DNA from: a virus
Virus record (IMG/VR): IMGVR_UViG_3300032291_001492
Location: 31,466-95,465 of that record
Length of the DNA: 64,000 bases
Reading direction: 5' to 3' (one strand)
This document shows, in pieces, positions 22,550 to 33,135 of the stretch (within the stretch, counting starts at the first letter, position 1; every line of letters starts with the position of its first letter). The notes below the pieces were generated by a model, which had not been told where the DNA came from, did no database searches, and saw nothing but the letters and a program-made list of their open reading frames with translations. A program made the translations under genes and the position numbers.

Positions 22550-23794
22550 ATGGCATATACAATTGTAAAATCAAATGGACAGGTCTTAACCACCATCCCT
22601 GACGGTACTATCAATACTAGCAGTACATCATTAGGCTTACCCGGAAGAAATTTTGCTGGTTACGGACAGTACATTGACACAAACTTTGTCCATATGATGG
22701 AAAATTTTGCCGACACTGCCCCACCTGCAAACCCATTGCAAGGTCAATTATGGTACAATACTAATGCTAATACGCTTTATGTATGTCCTGCTGACGGAAC
22801 AGCAAACGCTAATGCATGGTTAGCACTGACTTCAACCTCAGGTGGCGGAACAACAACATTTGGTGCGGTTACAATCACAGGAAATTTAACAGCAAATAAT
22901 TCAACTATTACAAACGGAATTACTGCTGATACAATCACAGTTAGATTAGCCACAGTAACAGATTTAGCTACCATTGCTAATGCAAACGTTACAACTGCTA
23001 ATATAGGAACAACAAATACAACAACAATTTCAGCTGGTTCACAATCAACTAATGGCACATTGACTGGTGTGTGGACTGCTAATGGTTCAGGTACTGCAAA
23101 CAGTGTTGCCGGAACAAGTATGTGGATCACTGGTGGTAACTTAGTTATCACCGGTGGTGCAAGTTTAGGTATCAGAACAGATAATTATTACTATGCTAAC
23201 GGAACACCAATCAGTTTTGCTGGTACATATAACAACGGTAATGTGTTTGACTATTTGACAGGATCAAATGCAGTTTCAAGATTTGGTGGCGCAATTGCAG
23301 TGTCGAGTATTACCACAGCTAATATAACAACAGGCGCTTCGGGTACAGCTGGTCAATTAACTGGTAACTTTACATTAAGTAGTGGTTCACGATTAAATGC
23401 AACATACGCTGACTTAGCAGAACGTTTTGAAGCAGATGCTTCATATGATGCCGGTACAGTAGTTGAATTAGGCGGATCCAAAGAAATTACTGCTGTTCAG
23501 TATGAATTAAGCGAAGATGTATTTGGTGTTATATCTGACACAGCGGCTTATTTAATGAATTCAGCAGCCGGTTCAAACGATACTCACCCTCCAGTAGCAA
23601 TGACTGGTCGAGTACAAGTTAAAGTAATGGGTGTAGTTAAAAAGGGTGATAGATTAGTTAGTGCAGGCAAAGGAATTGCTAGGGCAGCTAAAAAAGGCGA
23701 AGCTAATGCATTCAATACTATTGGTCGCTCATTAGCAAATAAAACTGATGAACAACTCGGCACCGTATTAGCAACCGTAGTTATTGCAAGATAA
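22550..23794 (+). CDS. Tail fibre-like protein with C-terminal intramolecular chaperone/autocleavage (peptidase G2-like) domain
   Basis: T/G/N-rich shaft. C-terminal 'YADLAERFEAD...GTVV..GG...VFGVIS...AYLMN...PVAMTGRV.VKV.G.VKKGD.LVS'. SD GGAG upstream. Confidence 0.7.
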   Translation: MAYTIVKSNGQVLTTIPDGTINTSSTSLGLPGRNFAGYGQYIDTNFVHMMENFADTAPPANPLQGQLWYNTNANTLYVCPADGTANANAWLALTSTSGGGTTTFGAVTITGNLTANNSTITNGITADTITVRLATVTDLATIANANVTTANIGTTNTTTISAGSQSTNGTLTGVWTANGSGTANSVAGTSMWITGGNLVITGGASLGIRTDNYYYANGTPISFAGTYNNGNVFDYLTGSNAVSRFGGAIAVSSITTANITTGASGTAGQLTGNFTLSSGSRLNATYADLAERFEADASYDAGTVVELGGSKEITAVQYELSEDVFGVISDTAAYLMNSAAGSNDTHPPVAMTGRVQVKVMGVVKKGDRLVSAGKGIARAAKKGEANAFNTIGRSLANKTDEQLGTVLATVVIAR

Positions 23795-23803
23795 GGAATA
23801 AAA

Positions 23804-24760
23804 ATGGCATACGCACAATTTGGTACAATTCAAGCCGCAGATTTTAACACATTAGTCGGTGGTGACCCGGTAACTTCATCAGGTACATTAAATGCTGTTT
23901 GGGCAACAGGTGGAACTAATGCTGGGTATGGTCAAACAGCAGTGGCTAACGTAGCAGTTGGTGCCGTAGTTGCAGCAAATCAGCAATGGGCAAATTTGGT
24001 AACATATACTGCTAACTCGGCAACACATCAAGGCACTTCAATAACTGCGGTGTCCGCACCGGTTACAGGCGGAACTATTACATATCTGTCTGCAATCCCT
24101 ACAAACCTAACTTCAATTTATAATAGTAGATTAAACGCAGCCACACAAGGTGCAACTACTTCTAATTCAGCGGTATATGGTAGTACTTGGACAGCTGGTA
24201 TTACTTTTACACATACTGTTACCTTTGCAAATGGAAATGCCGCAAGATATTTCTTTAACTCAGGTGGTCAATTAAAAGTAACATGTTCACATGCAAACTC
24301 AACTGCTGGTATTAATTTATTATTAAATAATTTGGCAAGTAATGTGGGAACGGTTGTTATGAGTTCGCCTACATCAGGTGCAATCACAGTATCAGGTACA
24401 TCTTATAATGGAATTACTAAGATTGGTGGGGGAGGTAATGCACCTACTATTAGTACTAACACAGGGTACTTTGCGTTGACTACATCCAATGCAACAATAT
24501 TTACACAAACAGCAAGTACAGGTCCTTCTGGATATCTGGGAACATTTATTCGTATGATTGCAAAATCAAATGGAACTCAAGGTGCAAACGGAGATGCAGG
24601 TAGTGTTATAACCATATACACTATTTGGGATGAAGTTCCGGACGGTCTTACTGCTGGTACAGGTTCAACCACAACTGTTACTGCACAAGCACCAGAAACA
24701 ACTAATATAGCTAATACCTGGGGTGCAATAACTATATCAGGTACAGTTTCTGGTTCATGA
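23804..24760 (+). CDS. Thr/Gly-rich virion structural protein (fibre-associated)
   Basis: SD AAGGA. Very T/G/S/A-rich, starts 'MAY' like the preceding fibre, and ends the structural block. Confidence 0.55.
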   Translation: MAYAQFGTIQAADFNTLVGGDPVTSSGTLNAVWATGGTNAGYGQTAVANVAVGAVVAANQQWANLVTYTANSATHQGTSITAVSAPVTGGTITYLSAIPTNLTSIYNSRLNAATQGATTSNSAVYGSTWTAGITFTHTVTFANGNAARYFFNSGGQLKVTCSHANSTAGINLLLNNLASNVGTVVMSSPTSGAITVSGTSYNGITKIGGGGNAPTISTNTGYFALTTSNATIFTQTASTGPSGYLGTFIRMIAKSNGTQGANGDAGSVITIYTIWDEVPDGLTAGTGSTTTVTAQAPETTNIANTWGAITISGTVSGS

Positions 24761-24766
24761 TTTTTA

Positions 24767-24826
24767 TTAACGTCTTTGTATCTATCTAAATACTCTTAGG
24801 AGTACACATGGATACAAAGACATTGA
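24767..24826 (+). promoter_or_regulatory. RBS/start-codon-sequestering hairpin with a TAAATA late-promoter motif inside its 5' arm
   Basis: GTCTTTGTATCTAT (24772-24785) pairs with ATGGATACAAAGAC (24808-24821), with one G-U. Inner stem TACTC/GAGTA covers part of SD AGGAG. TAAATA is at 24787-24792. Confidence 0.65.
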
Positions 24827-25113
24827 TTTCCGAAGCTAAAGCCCGCTTCAATCACAACTCAGCCAAAGCATACTTAAAGGACAAGTACGATAGTAAGTTT
24901 ATCGTAGCAGACCAATCAGGGCTTTGGAGAGCCGACTTAGAAACTATTAATTTTTTAACTGCCTACACAGATGAATGGGTTATTTTAATTGACACCTTTA
25001 AAAATCCAGTCAGAGTAAACAGAGTTACTCTACTTGAAAAACTTTCTGAAACATACAAATCTGTTATGGATGATTGGTATACAGAATGGACTGAATTAGA
25101 GAAAAAAAGATGA
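24808..25113 (+). CDS. Hypothetical protein, first gene of the glycan-modification cluster
   Basis: SD AGGAG; 4-nt overlap with the next gene. Confidence 0.7.
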   Translation: MDTKTLISEAKARFNHNSAKAYLKDKYDSKFIVADQSGLWRADLETINFLTAYTDEWVILIDTFKNPVRVNRVTLLEKLSETYKSVMDDWYTEWTELEKKR

Positions 25114-25913
25114 GTAGAGGGGCATTATTATTTGCATTTAATAGTCCTAAATTTAACTACTATGACATGGCAGTAGCAACTGCTAAACGCATTAATCACT
25201 TTTTGGACATTCCGGTTACTATAGTAACGGATAACGAATCATTGCCTGAAAATCAAAGTTACACGTTTGACAATGTTATATTAGCAGAGGCTGACAAAAA
25301 CAATAAGCGTGACTGGGGTATGTGGATAAATAAAGGTCGATATCGTGCTTTTAATTTAAGTCCATATGATGAAACTTTGTTGTTAGATACTGATTATATG
25401 GTAAATTCAAATAAGTTATTAAAAACTTTTGATTTACCTACTGATTTTTGTTGCCATGATACAACTAGTTTCCTAATGTATCCTGATGCCGCACAAGAAG
25501 TACTCAGTTCATATAGTTTTAAAACACTATGGGCAACTGCAATTACTTTTAAAAAAACAAAAAGATCAAAATTAATATTTGATTGTTTAGAAATGGTTCA
25601 GAAAAATTTTGAACATTATGCAAACCTTCATGGTTTTATTTCTGTAACTTTTCGCAATGACTATGGATTGACGTTAGCTACTAGAATAGTTAACGGACAT
25701 ACTACTCCTATAGAAGACATAATTCCCTGGAATCTATTACACGCAGGTAAAAACACCACCATATATAAAAATAGTGATGATGAATTTAATACTGACTATA
25801 CTATAATGTTTGATAATTGGAATAAAGGTAAAATTCGCAAAGAATATATAATCATTAAAGATACTGACTTTCATGTTATGAACAAAGAAAACTTTTTGGA
25901 GTTAATCAAATGA
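25110..25913 (+). CDS. GT-A fold nucleotide-diphospho-sugar transferase-like protein
   Basis: 'SPYDETLLLDTDY' carries a DxD motif after a hydrophobic strand. N-terminal 'Y..MA...AKRI' helix and C-terminal 'HVMNK'. Confidence 0.65.
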   Translation: MSRGALLFAFNSPKFNYYDMAVATAKRINHFLDIPVTIVTDNESLPENQSYTFDNVILAEADKNNKRDWGMWINKGRYRAFNLSPYDETLLLDTDYMVNSNKLLKTFDLPTDFCCHDTTSFLMYPDAAQEVLSSYSFKTLWATAITFKKTKRSKLIFDCLEMVQKNFEHYANLHGFISVTFRNDYGLTLATRIVNGHTTPIEDIIPWNLLHAGKNTTIYKNSDDEFNTDYTIMFDNWNKGKIRKEYIIIKDTDFHVMNKENFLELIK

Positions 25914-26674
25914 CCAAAGGTTTTGTAATAATGGCACAAAATACAACAAATGTGAAATATACTAACTGTGCCAAAGCCTTAGAAAAAAGTATAAAGCGTG
26001 TTATGCCAAACGCTAATGTTACTATTGTTACTACTGAAATGCTGCCTCACGGAGATTTGGCTCCCGCGAGTGATTGGAAATTAATAAACGATTGGCAAGT
26101 CTATGAAGCAAGTCCATATGATGAGACTATTAAATTAGAAGCAGATATGTACATTCCTAGAAGTATTGAACATTGGTGGGATATATTATCTCAAAAAGAT
26201 GTTGTGGTGTGTAATACTATTAGGAATTTTAAACAAGAAATTTCAGATGTACGAGTATATCGTAGATTTATTGATGATAATAATTTACCAGATGTATATA
26301 ACGCAATTACATATTTTAAGAAATCGGATACAGCTAAACAATTTTTTTACATTGTGAGAAATGTATTTGATAATTGGAAAGAATATAAAGCTATACTAAA
26401 ATGCAATCCGGAAGAACCGGCGACAACTGATTGGGCGTATGCAATTGCATGTCATATTATTGGTATTGAAAAAACAATGTTACCTAACTTTACCGAAATG
26501 AGTATGGTACATATGAAACAATTTATTAACAATACCCCTACAGAAAATTGGACAGATACATTTGTTTATGAATGTTTGCCCAATCAAATTAGAATTCAAA
26601 CCGTACCGCAATTTTATCCTTTTCACTATCATATAAAGAACTTTAGTGATAAAATATTAGAAAGTATGAAATGA
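25910..26674 (+). CDS. GT-A fold glycosyltransferase-like protein, paralog of 25110 with degenerate DxD (EAD)
   Basis: 'SPYDETIKLEADM' and 'AITYFKKS' are shared with the upstream gene; C-terminal 'HMKQ' and 'PFHYH'. Confidence 0.6.
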   Translation: MTKGFVIMAQNTTNVKYTNCAKALEKSIKRVMPNANVTIVTTEMLPHGDLAPASDWKLINDWQVYEASPYDETIKLEADMYIPRSIEHWWDILSQKDVVVCNTIRNFKQEISDVRVYRRFIDDNNLPDVYNAITYFKKSDTAKQFFYIVRNVFDNWKEYKAILKCNPEEPATTDWAYAIACHIIGIEKTMLPNFTEMSMVHMKQFINNTPTENWTDTFVYECLPNQIRIQTVPQFYPFHYHIKNFSDKILESMK

Positions 26675-27027
26675 ATACCGAAGACACCTCATCAGATTTT
26701 GTAATAATATGGGAACCCCCTAAACTAGAAACACCTGAGTTTAGGTTATATTATGATAGCACCGGCGCAGTAATATGTTACACCGGTGACAAATCTATGC
26801 AGGGTAATTATATTGTAATTGATGCACATACATTTGCTGCCGCAAGACCTGATGTAAGAGTTATCGATGGTAGGATATCTAGTGTTGCACCTAATGCAGT
26901 AGTTTATAAATTAATGCCAGACAATATCGAAGGTAAAGACTGTCATATTGAAGATATAAGTGTATTAGTTGATGAATTATATACTGGCAAAAAGCAAAAA
27001 TGGAAATTAAACATATATGAACTCTGA
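26671..27027 (+). CDS. Hypothetical protein
   Basis: Overlaps both neighbours within the operon. Confidence 0.65.
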   Translation: MNTEDTSSDFVIIWEPPKLETPEFRLYYDSTGAVICYTGDKSMQGNYIVIDAHTFAAARPDVRVIDGRISSVAPNAVVYKLMPDNIEGKDCHIEDISVLVDELYTGKKQKWKLNIYEL

Positions 27028-27970
27028 TGATATTATTGATGTTGCGGATTTAGATTGTGTATATCTAAGCTATGATGAACCACAAAAAGAAGAATTTTGG
27101 ATTAAGATAAAAAATATGGTGCCTTGGGCAAAACGTGTTGATGGTGTAAAAGGAAGTGATGCCGCACACAAAGCCGCAGGTGAAGCAAGCGACACGGAAC
27201 GTTTCATTCTAATTGATGGCGACAATATGCCAAACGAAGATTTCTTCAATATTCAATTAGATTTTACAAACAAAGATCCTTCATTTAAGAAAGCACAGTT
27301 TCGTTGGAAAGCAGTAAACAGTATTAATGGTTTGCGTTATGGTAATGGTGGCATGAGTAGTTGGACAAAAGAATATGTTGCTAATATGAAAACGCATGAA
27401 CATCAAACAGAAGGTGATGTATCTCGCATTGCTGATTTCTGTATGGGAGGTAATGATAATTTATATTGGGCTATGTACAATTGCTACAGCACAACATACC
27501 CTAACTACACACCCTTTCAAGCATGGCGTGCAGGATTCCGTGAAGGTGTTAAAATGAGTTTAGACAGAGGTGCAAGACCTTCTGTTGAAGCGTTTAAAGA
27601 AACAGTAGCAAGTAGAAATTTAAATAATCTAACTATCTGGCACAACGTAGGTATGGATGTAGAAAACGGTGAGTGGGCGATAATGGGAGCCCGTATGGGT
27701 ACACATATGACTATGCTCACTGATTGGGACCATGCTAATGTTCAATGGTTTGATAATTACATTGAGATGTGGAATAAGATCAAAGACGAAGATCCATTAG
27801 AACTATCAGAAATATATGGCATCGAACTAAAAACTAAATTGGATTTGCCAATGTGTGCATTAGATAGTGACCAAAGTAAATTTTTTAAGCGTCACTATAA
27901 AGCAGATTTTCATAACTTAGATCCATTAGTAACTGAGATGGATGTAATTCGTAGAATTGAAGGATGGTAA
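27017..27970 (+). CDS. GT-A-like protein, paralogous to the C-terminal domain of the 1510-aa protein
   Basis: 'FILIDGDN' DxD motif. 'YLSYDEP', 'RVDGVKG..AAHKAA', 'N.INGL.YG' and 'WRAGFRE..K' recur in 53570-54239. Confidence 0.55.
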   Translation: MNSDDIIDVADLDCVYLSYDEPQKEEFWIKIKNMVPWAKRVDGVKGSDAAHKAAGEASDTERFILIDGDNMPNEDFFNIQLDFTNKDPSFKKAQFRWKAVNSINGLRYGNGGMSSWTKEYVANMKTHEHQTEGDVSRIADFCMGGNDNLYWAMYNCYSTTYPNYTPFQAWRAGFREGVKMSLDRGARPSVEAFKETVASRNLNNLTIWHNVGMDVENGEWAIMGARMGTHMTMLTDWDHANVQWFDNYIEMWNKIKDEDPLELSEIYGIELKTKLDLPMCALDSDQSKFFKRHYKADFHNLDPLVTEMDVIRRIEGW

Positions 27971-29364
27971 TGAGTAGCGAACAGCAACGTATAAAAGACA
28001 TTAAGATTAAAATTGAGAATGAAGTAGGTCCAACCTTCTGTCTTGCTAAATGGCACCATGTTACTATGTACCTACAGTCAGGAGAAACACATAGTTGTTA
28101 TCATCCACAACCTCATAAAATTCCAATTAGCGAGTTAATAGACAATCCTTCAGCGTTACATAATACACAACAAAAAAAAGAAGAACGTAAACTTATGTTA
28201 GATGGTGGTAAACCATCCGGTTGCCAGTATTGCTGGAACATTGAGAGTATGGGTCCTGACTATATTAGTGATAGACATATACGCAACGCTAGCATATTCA
28301 CAGAAGAACGATATGAACAGACTGTCAAAGGTCCTTGGAATCAAAATATAAATCCAGAATACTTAGAAATTAACTTTGGTAACGAATGTAATTTCAAGTG
28401 CGGCTATTGTCATCCTAAGTATTCTACTAGTTTCTATAATGAAATTAAAAAGAATGGCCCTGTCACTACAGTAAAAAATCATAGATGTGACATTGACTGG
28501 ATGACACTTTATCAACGTGAAGAAGAAAATCCATACGTTGATGCATTTTGGAAATGGTGGCCCGAATTACGTAAAACATTAAACATTATGCGAGTAACCG
28601 GCGGCGAACCTACGATGCATACTAGCACATGGAAATTGTTGAAAGAGATTGAGCAAGATCCTATGCCTTGGTTAGAACTAAATATCAATAGTAATTTAGG
28701 AACTAAAACTGCACTAGTAGAAAAATTAGCTGATAGTGTTAAAAAATTAGTAGACAATAAAAAAATACGTGCATTCAAATTGTTTACTAGTCTGGATACA
28801 TGGGGTGAACGTGCAGAGTACATTAGAACCGGATTAGATTTAGAATTGTGGGAAAAGAATTTTCACACATATTTGACCCGTACAGATAGTCCAATCACAT
28901 TTATGATAACCTTTAATATATTTTCAGTCACTACATTTAAGTCATTACTTGAAAAAATGTTAGAATGGCGTGAACAATATGGTTGGTATGAAGATATAAA
29001 AAGCCATCGTGTTAGATTTGACACCCCGTATTTGCGAGACCCAATTCAATACGATATGAATATATTGCCTAAAGAAGAATTCATGCCTTATATGAATGAT
29101 ACACTGGCATTTATGAAAGCTAATGTAGATGATGAAGCCAGTAATAAATTTACAACAGTTGAATATGAAAAATTTAAACGTGTTGTTGATTATATGGCTG
29201 AGACAGTATATCCAGAAAGTAAATTGATTGAAGGTCGAAGAGATTTTTATAATTGGTTTAATGAACTAGATGAACGCCGCGAAAATGATATGTTATCTGT
29301 GTTTCCTGAAATGTTAGGATTTTATAGATTATGTCAAGAGGTTAACCAAACACATCCAAAATGA
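27964..29364 (+). CDS. Radical SAM protein with N-terminal Twitch-like Cys domain (start probably 27970)
   Basis: CNFKCGYC (CxxxCxxC) and 'TGGEPT'. N-terminal 'FCLAKW.H...SCYH...CQYC'. Confidence 0.85.
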   Translation: MVMSSEQQRIKDIKIKIENEVGPTFCLAKWHHVTMYLQSGETHSCYHPQPHKIPISELIDNPSALHNTQQKKEERKLMLDGGKPSGCQYCWNIESMGPDYISDRHIRNASIFTEERYEQTVKGPWNQNINPEYLEINFGNECNFKCGYCHPKYSTSFYNEIKKNGPVTTVKNHRCDIDWMTLYQREEENPYVDAFWKWWPELRKTLNIMRVTGGEPTMHTSTWKLLKEIEQDPMPWLELNINSNLGTKTALVEKLADSVKKLVDNKKIRAFKLFTSLDTWGERAEYIRTGLDLELWEKNFHTYLTRTDSPITFMITFNIFSVTTFKSLLEKMLEWREQYGWYEDIKSHRVRFDTPYLRDPIQYDMNILPKEEFMPYMNDTLAFMKANVDDEASNKFTTVEYEKFKRVVDYMAETVYPESKLIEGRRDFYNWFNELDERRENDMLSVFPEMLGFYRLCQEVNQTHPK

Positions 29365-30638
29365 CAGAAAAAATATCAAACAATAAAGAATTCGATCTTA
29401 CGCAAAGTAAAACTTTTTGCATGTCTCCTTGGATACACTTGTACTCAAGTCCTAGTGGTGAGGCAGCACCGTGTTGTATTGCTGAATCATGTGCCCAGGG
29501 CGGAGTGGGTAACACTAGAACACAATCATTAATGGAAGTAGTTAATTCACCTAAAATGAATCAACTACGAAATGATATGCTATCTGGGGTAAAGAATAAA
29601 GAATGCGATAAATGTTACATGCATGAAGATCAAAACTTATTAAGTTCACGTAATATGCTTAATACTAGATTTGGTCCTAATTTCTACGATGAAGTTATTG
29701 AAAATACAAACATTGACGGATCATTGGCTAAATTTAAAATGAGATATTTTGATATTCGTTTTAGTAATATATGTAATTTTAAATGTAGAACATGCGGTTC
29801 CGGCTTTAGTACACAATGGGAACAAGAAGATTTAAAAAATAATGTTTACCATGCAAAAATAATTCCAAAAAATGATAATCCAGATTTTTTAAAAGAAATA
29901 TTTGATCAAATAGATTTTATGGAAACCGCTTATTTTGCGGGCGGTGAACCCTTAATCACAGAAGAACATTATATTTTGTTAGAAGAAATGATACGAAGAG
30001 GTCGTACTGATATCCAACTAAGGTATAATACAAACTTAAGCAATTTTAAATTTAAAAACAAAGATTTATTATCTTTATGGAAGCATTTTAGTAAAGGGGT
30101 CGATATATATGCAAGCATTGACCATTACGGAGAACGTGCAGAGTATATAAGACACGGAACAGATTGGGGAGTAGTAGAAAGTAATTTTTTACAAGCTAAA
30201 AAAACTCCCTATTTAAGAGTGAATATGAACACTGTATTAAGTGTTTTTAATTTTTTAACAATACATGAATTTTATCAATATCTAATAGATAAAAAATTAT
30301 ATACTCCTAATAGTAGTGTTTATACACTATATAACATGTCAACTCCTGATTATTTGGCTTGTCATATTTTGCCCTTAGATTATAAAGATGTTGGAAAAAA
30401 TAGTATTGAAAAAACTATGCGATTATTAAAAGATAAGAGATTTAAAAAACACCATATAACGCAACTATCAGATACTATTCCTTGGATTTATTCAAAAGAT
30501 TCATGGGATGAAAACAAATATCAATTTAGAAAAGAAGTAAAAAGATTAGACTCAATTAGAGGGGAAGATTTTTCAAAAACTTTTCCTGAATTAGCTCCGT
30601 TGTTACTTCCAGATCGTAATAAATTTTTCCCTATATGA
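29361..30638 (+). CDS. Radical SAM protein with N-terminal Twitch-like domain
   Basis: N-terminal 'FCMSPW.H...PCC...CDKC'; core CNFKCRTC and 'AGGEP'. Confidence 0.88.
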   Translation: MTEKISNNKEFDLTQSKTFCMSPWIHLYSSPSGEAAPCCIAESCAQGGVGNTRTQSLMEVVNSPKMNQLRNDMLSGVKNKECDKCYMHEDQNLLSSRNMLNTRFGPNFYDEVIENTNIDGSLAKFKMRYFDIRFSNICNFKCRTCGSGFSTQWEQEDLKNNVYHAKIIPKNDNPDFLKEIFDQIDFMETAYFAGGEPLITEEHYILLEEMIRRGRTDIQLRYNTNLSNFKFKNKDLLSLWKHFSKGVDIYASIDHYGERAEYIRHGTDWGVVESNFLQAKKTPYLRVNMNTVLSVFNFLTIHEFYQYLIDKKLYTPNSSVYTLYNMSTPDYLACHILPLDYKDVGKNSIEKTMRLLKDKRFKKHHITQLSDTIPWIYSKDSWDENKYQFRKEVKRLDSIRGEDFSKTFPELAPLLLPDRNKFFPI

Positions 30639-31861
30639 ACAAAAATTATCTATTAAATGATAGCAAAACGTTTTGTATGTTTCCGTGGGTACATCTAAAT
30701 GTAACTCCCAAAGGTGATATATATCCTTGCTGTAGTAATGACTATACGCAACCCTTCGGAAACACAAAAGAAATAACATTAAAACAGGCATTTAACAGTG
30801 AACCAATGAAGCAATTGCGATTGGACATGTTAAATGACAAACCTAATAAAATATGCAATTTCTGTTACAAGCACGAAGAAGCAGGTCCGCATAGTTTTAG
30901 AAATTACAGTAAAGAACATTTTGGAAAACACTTTGATGAAGTTGTGCCCACTACGTTAGAAGATGGAACTGTTCCTGAATTTAAGATGCATTACTTTGAC
31001 ATTCGTTTTAGTAACATATGTAATTTCAAATGTAGAACATGCGGTAGTGAGTTTAGCAGTCAGTGGGGAGCAGAGATGCGAGCTAATCATGATCCTAAGC
31101 ATCCCATTATTATTCATGCTGATGAAAAAGGTAATTTATTGCGTGAAGTACTAGAACAAGTAGAACACATTGATTTGGCATATTTTGCAGGTGGAGAGCC
31201 CACACTTACCGAAGAGCATTATATAATGCTTGAAGAAATGATACGTAAAGGCCGCACTGACATTACATTACGCTATAACACAAACGCTAGTAATATCAAG
31301 TTTAAAGATTATGATTTACTAGACATGTGGAAGCACTTTAAGAAAATTGAATTGAGTTGCAGTGTTGACCATTATGGTGAACGTGCAGAATGGCTACGTC
31401 ATGGTACTGATTGGGGATTAGTTGAAAGTAATCTGTTAAAGTTCCGTGAATTAGATTATGTTAGTTTTCAAATGAACACTGTATTCAGTATCTTTAACTA
31501 TAGTACAATTGGTGAATTTTATCAGTACTTAAAAGACAAGAATATTATTAGAGCAGAAGATTGGTATCATAGTTTGTACTTGGCAGTACATCCTAGTTAT
31601 TATAGTGCTAAGAGTCTACCCAAAGAATTAAAAATTGAAGCCGCAAAGAAAGCACTTGATTGGGCAGATAAGAATACAGGTGATCATACCTCATTATCAC
31701 GCTTAGTTACTGATGCAGTAAACTTTGCTACAGACGATGACATATGGACTGAAAATAAAGAAACTTTCATGTTGCATACAGGTTCAGGAGATAGAATTCG
31801 TAATGAAAGTTTCTGGAAAACATTCCCTGAATTAAATAAATTGATGGATTTAACGGAGTAA
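30635..31861 (+). CDS. Radical SAM protein with N-terminal Twitch-like domain
   Basis: N-terminal 'FCMFPW.H...PCC...CNFC'; core CNFKCRTC and 'AGGEP'. Confidence 0.88.
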   Translation: MNKNYLLNDSKTFCMFPWVHLNVTPKGDIYPCCSNDYTQPFGNTKEITLKQAFNSEPMKQLRLDMLNDKPNKICNFCYKHEEAGPHSFRNYSKEHFGKHFDEVVPTTLEDGTVPEFKMHYFDIRFSNICNFKCRTCGSEFSSQWGAEMRANHDPKHPIIIHADEKGNLLREVLEQVEHIDLAYFAGGEPTLTEEHYIMLEEMIRKGRTDITLRYNTNASNIKFKDYDLLDMWKHFKKIELSCSVDHYGERAEWLRHGTDWGLVESNLLKFRELDYVSFQMNTVFSIFNYSTIGEFYQYLKDKNIIRAEDWYHSLYLAVHPSYYSAKSLPKELKIEAAKKALDWADKNTGDHTSLSRLVTDAVNFATDDDIWTENKETFMLHTGSGDRIRNESFWKTFPELNKLMDLTE

Positions 31862-31863
31862 AA

Positions 31864-33135
31864 ATGCAAGACCCAATAGTTGTAGAGAATTTAGTAAAAC
31901 ATGGTAAACACTTTTGTGTATTACCCTGGGTCCACTTTCATTCATGGCCTGATGGCAGAGTTATGCCTTGCTGTGTTGCTGATAGTAATATGCCAGTGGC
32001 TGAGATTAAAAAAGATGAATCTATCATACAAATGGTTAATAGTGAAGATTTCAAAAAAATGCGTACTGCTATGTTAGCTGATGAACCAGTTGAAGCATGT
32101 AAGCGTTGCTATGACCTAGAGTTAATGGGTACTTGGACAATGCGTTTAAGTCATAATAAACGCCGAGGATTAGAGTATGTTAATCATATAAGTGAAATTA
32201 CAGAAGATGATGGTAGTTTGACGGAATTCAAAATGAAATACATGGATTTACGTTTTAGTAATATGTGTAACATGAAGTGCCGTAGTTGTGGTCCTGGCTG
32301 TAGTAGTTTATGGGCACAAGAGTTTATTGATGAACGTGGCGTGGATGTATACGAAGAATATTTTCACACAAAAAAAATTGTAATTAACAAAGCAGAAGAA
32401 ATGGGCTTTATGAATAAATTAAAGCCATATCTAAAAGATGTTACTGAGGTTTATTTTGCTGGTGGTGAAATTATTATCACCCCGGAACATTATGAATGTT
32501 TAGATTATTGGATTGAGAATGGCTTAAACGAACAAGTCGAACTAACATACACAACTAACTTTAGTTCGTTGAAATACAAAGACAAAGATTTAATTGGTTA
32601 TTGGAAGAAATTCCCCCAACTTAAAATATGGGCTAGTTTAGATGCAGAAGGCGCGGTCGCAGAAACTATTCGTAAAGGAACAGATTGGGACAGAATTGTT
32701 AAAAACATCAAAACATTAAAAGAGCAAGTACCACACGCACAGTTTCAAATCACTCCTACTATTAGTATTTGGAATGTGTTTCATTTCCCTGATTTCTTTG
32801 ACTATATGATTGAACAAGGATTTATTGATACAACATCAAGTCCTAGATTTAATCTAGCAACTAATCCATGGTATGCAAATATTATGATATTACCTGTTCA
32901 CGTTAAACGTAGATTAGCAGAGTTATATCGGGTGTATCAAAACAAATATAAAGACAACGTTGATATCTACAATGGTTTTAAGATGATTATATACAACTTA
33001 ACTGTAGGTGAAGAAAACAAAGGTGGAATCTTAGAATTCAAACAGTTTAATGATGAGTTAGATGAATTCAGAGATGAAAAATTAATAGACATTATTCCAG
33101 AATTAAAAGAGGTATATGAATGGGCAAAAAGCTAA
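31864..33135 (+). CDS. Radical SAM protein with N-terminal Twitch-like domain
   Basis: N-terminal 'FCVLPW.H...PCC...CKRC'; core CNMKCRSC and 'AGGE'. Confidence 0.88.
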   Translation: MQDPIVVENLVKHGKHFCVLPWVHFHSWPDGRVMPCCVADSNMPVAEIKKDESIIQMVNSEDFKKMRTAMLADEPVEACKRCYDLELMGTWTMRLSHNKRRGLEYVNHISEITEDDGSLTEFKMKYMDLRFSNMCNMKCRSCGPGCSSLWAQEFIDERGVDVYEEYFHTKKIVINKAEEMGFMNKLKPYLKDVTEVYFAGGEIIITPEHYECLDYWIENGLNEQVELTYTTNFSSLKYKDKDLIGYWKKFPQLKIWASLDAEGAVAETIRKGTDWDRIVKNIKTLKEQVPHAQFQITPTISIWNVFHFPDFFDYMIEQGFIDTTSSPRFNLATNPWYANIMILPVHVKRRLAELYRVYQNKYKDNVDIYNGFKMIIYNLTVGEENKGGILEFKQFNDELDEFRDEKLIDIIPELKEVYEWAKS

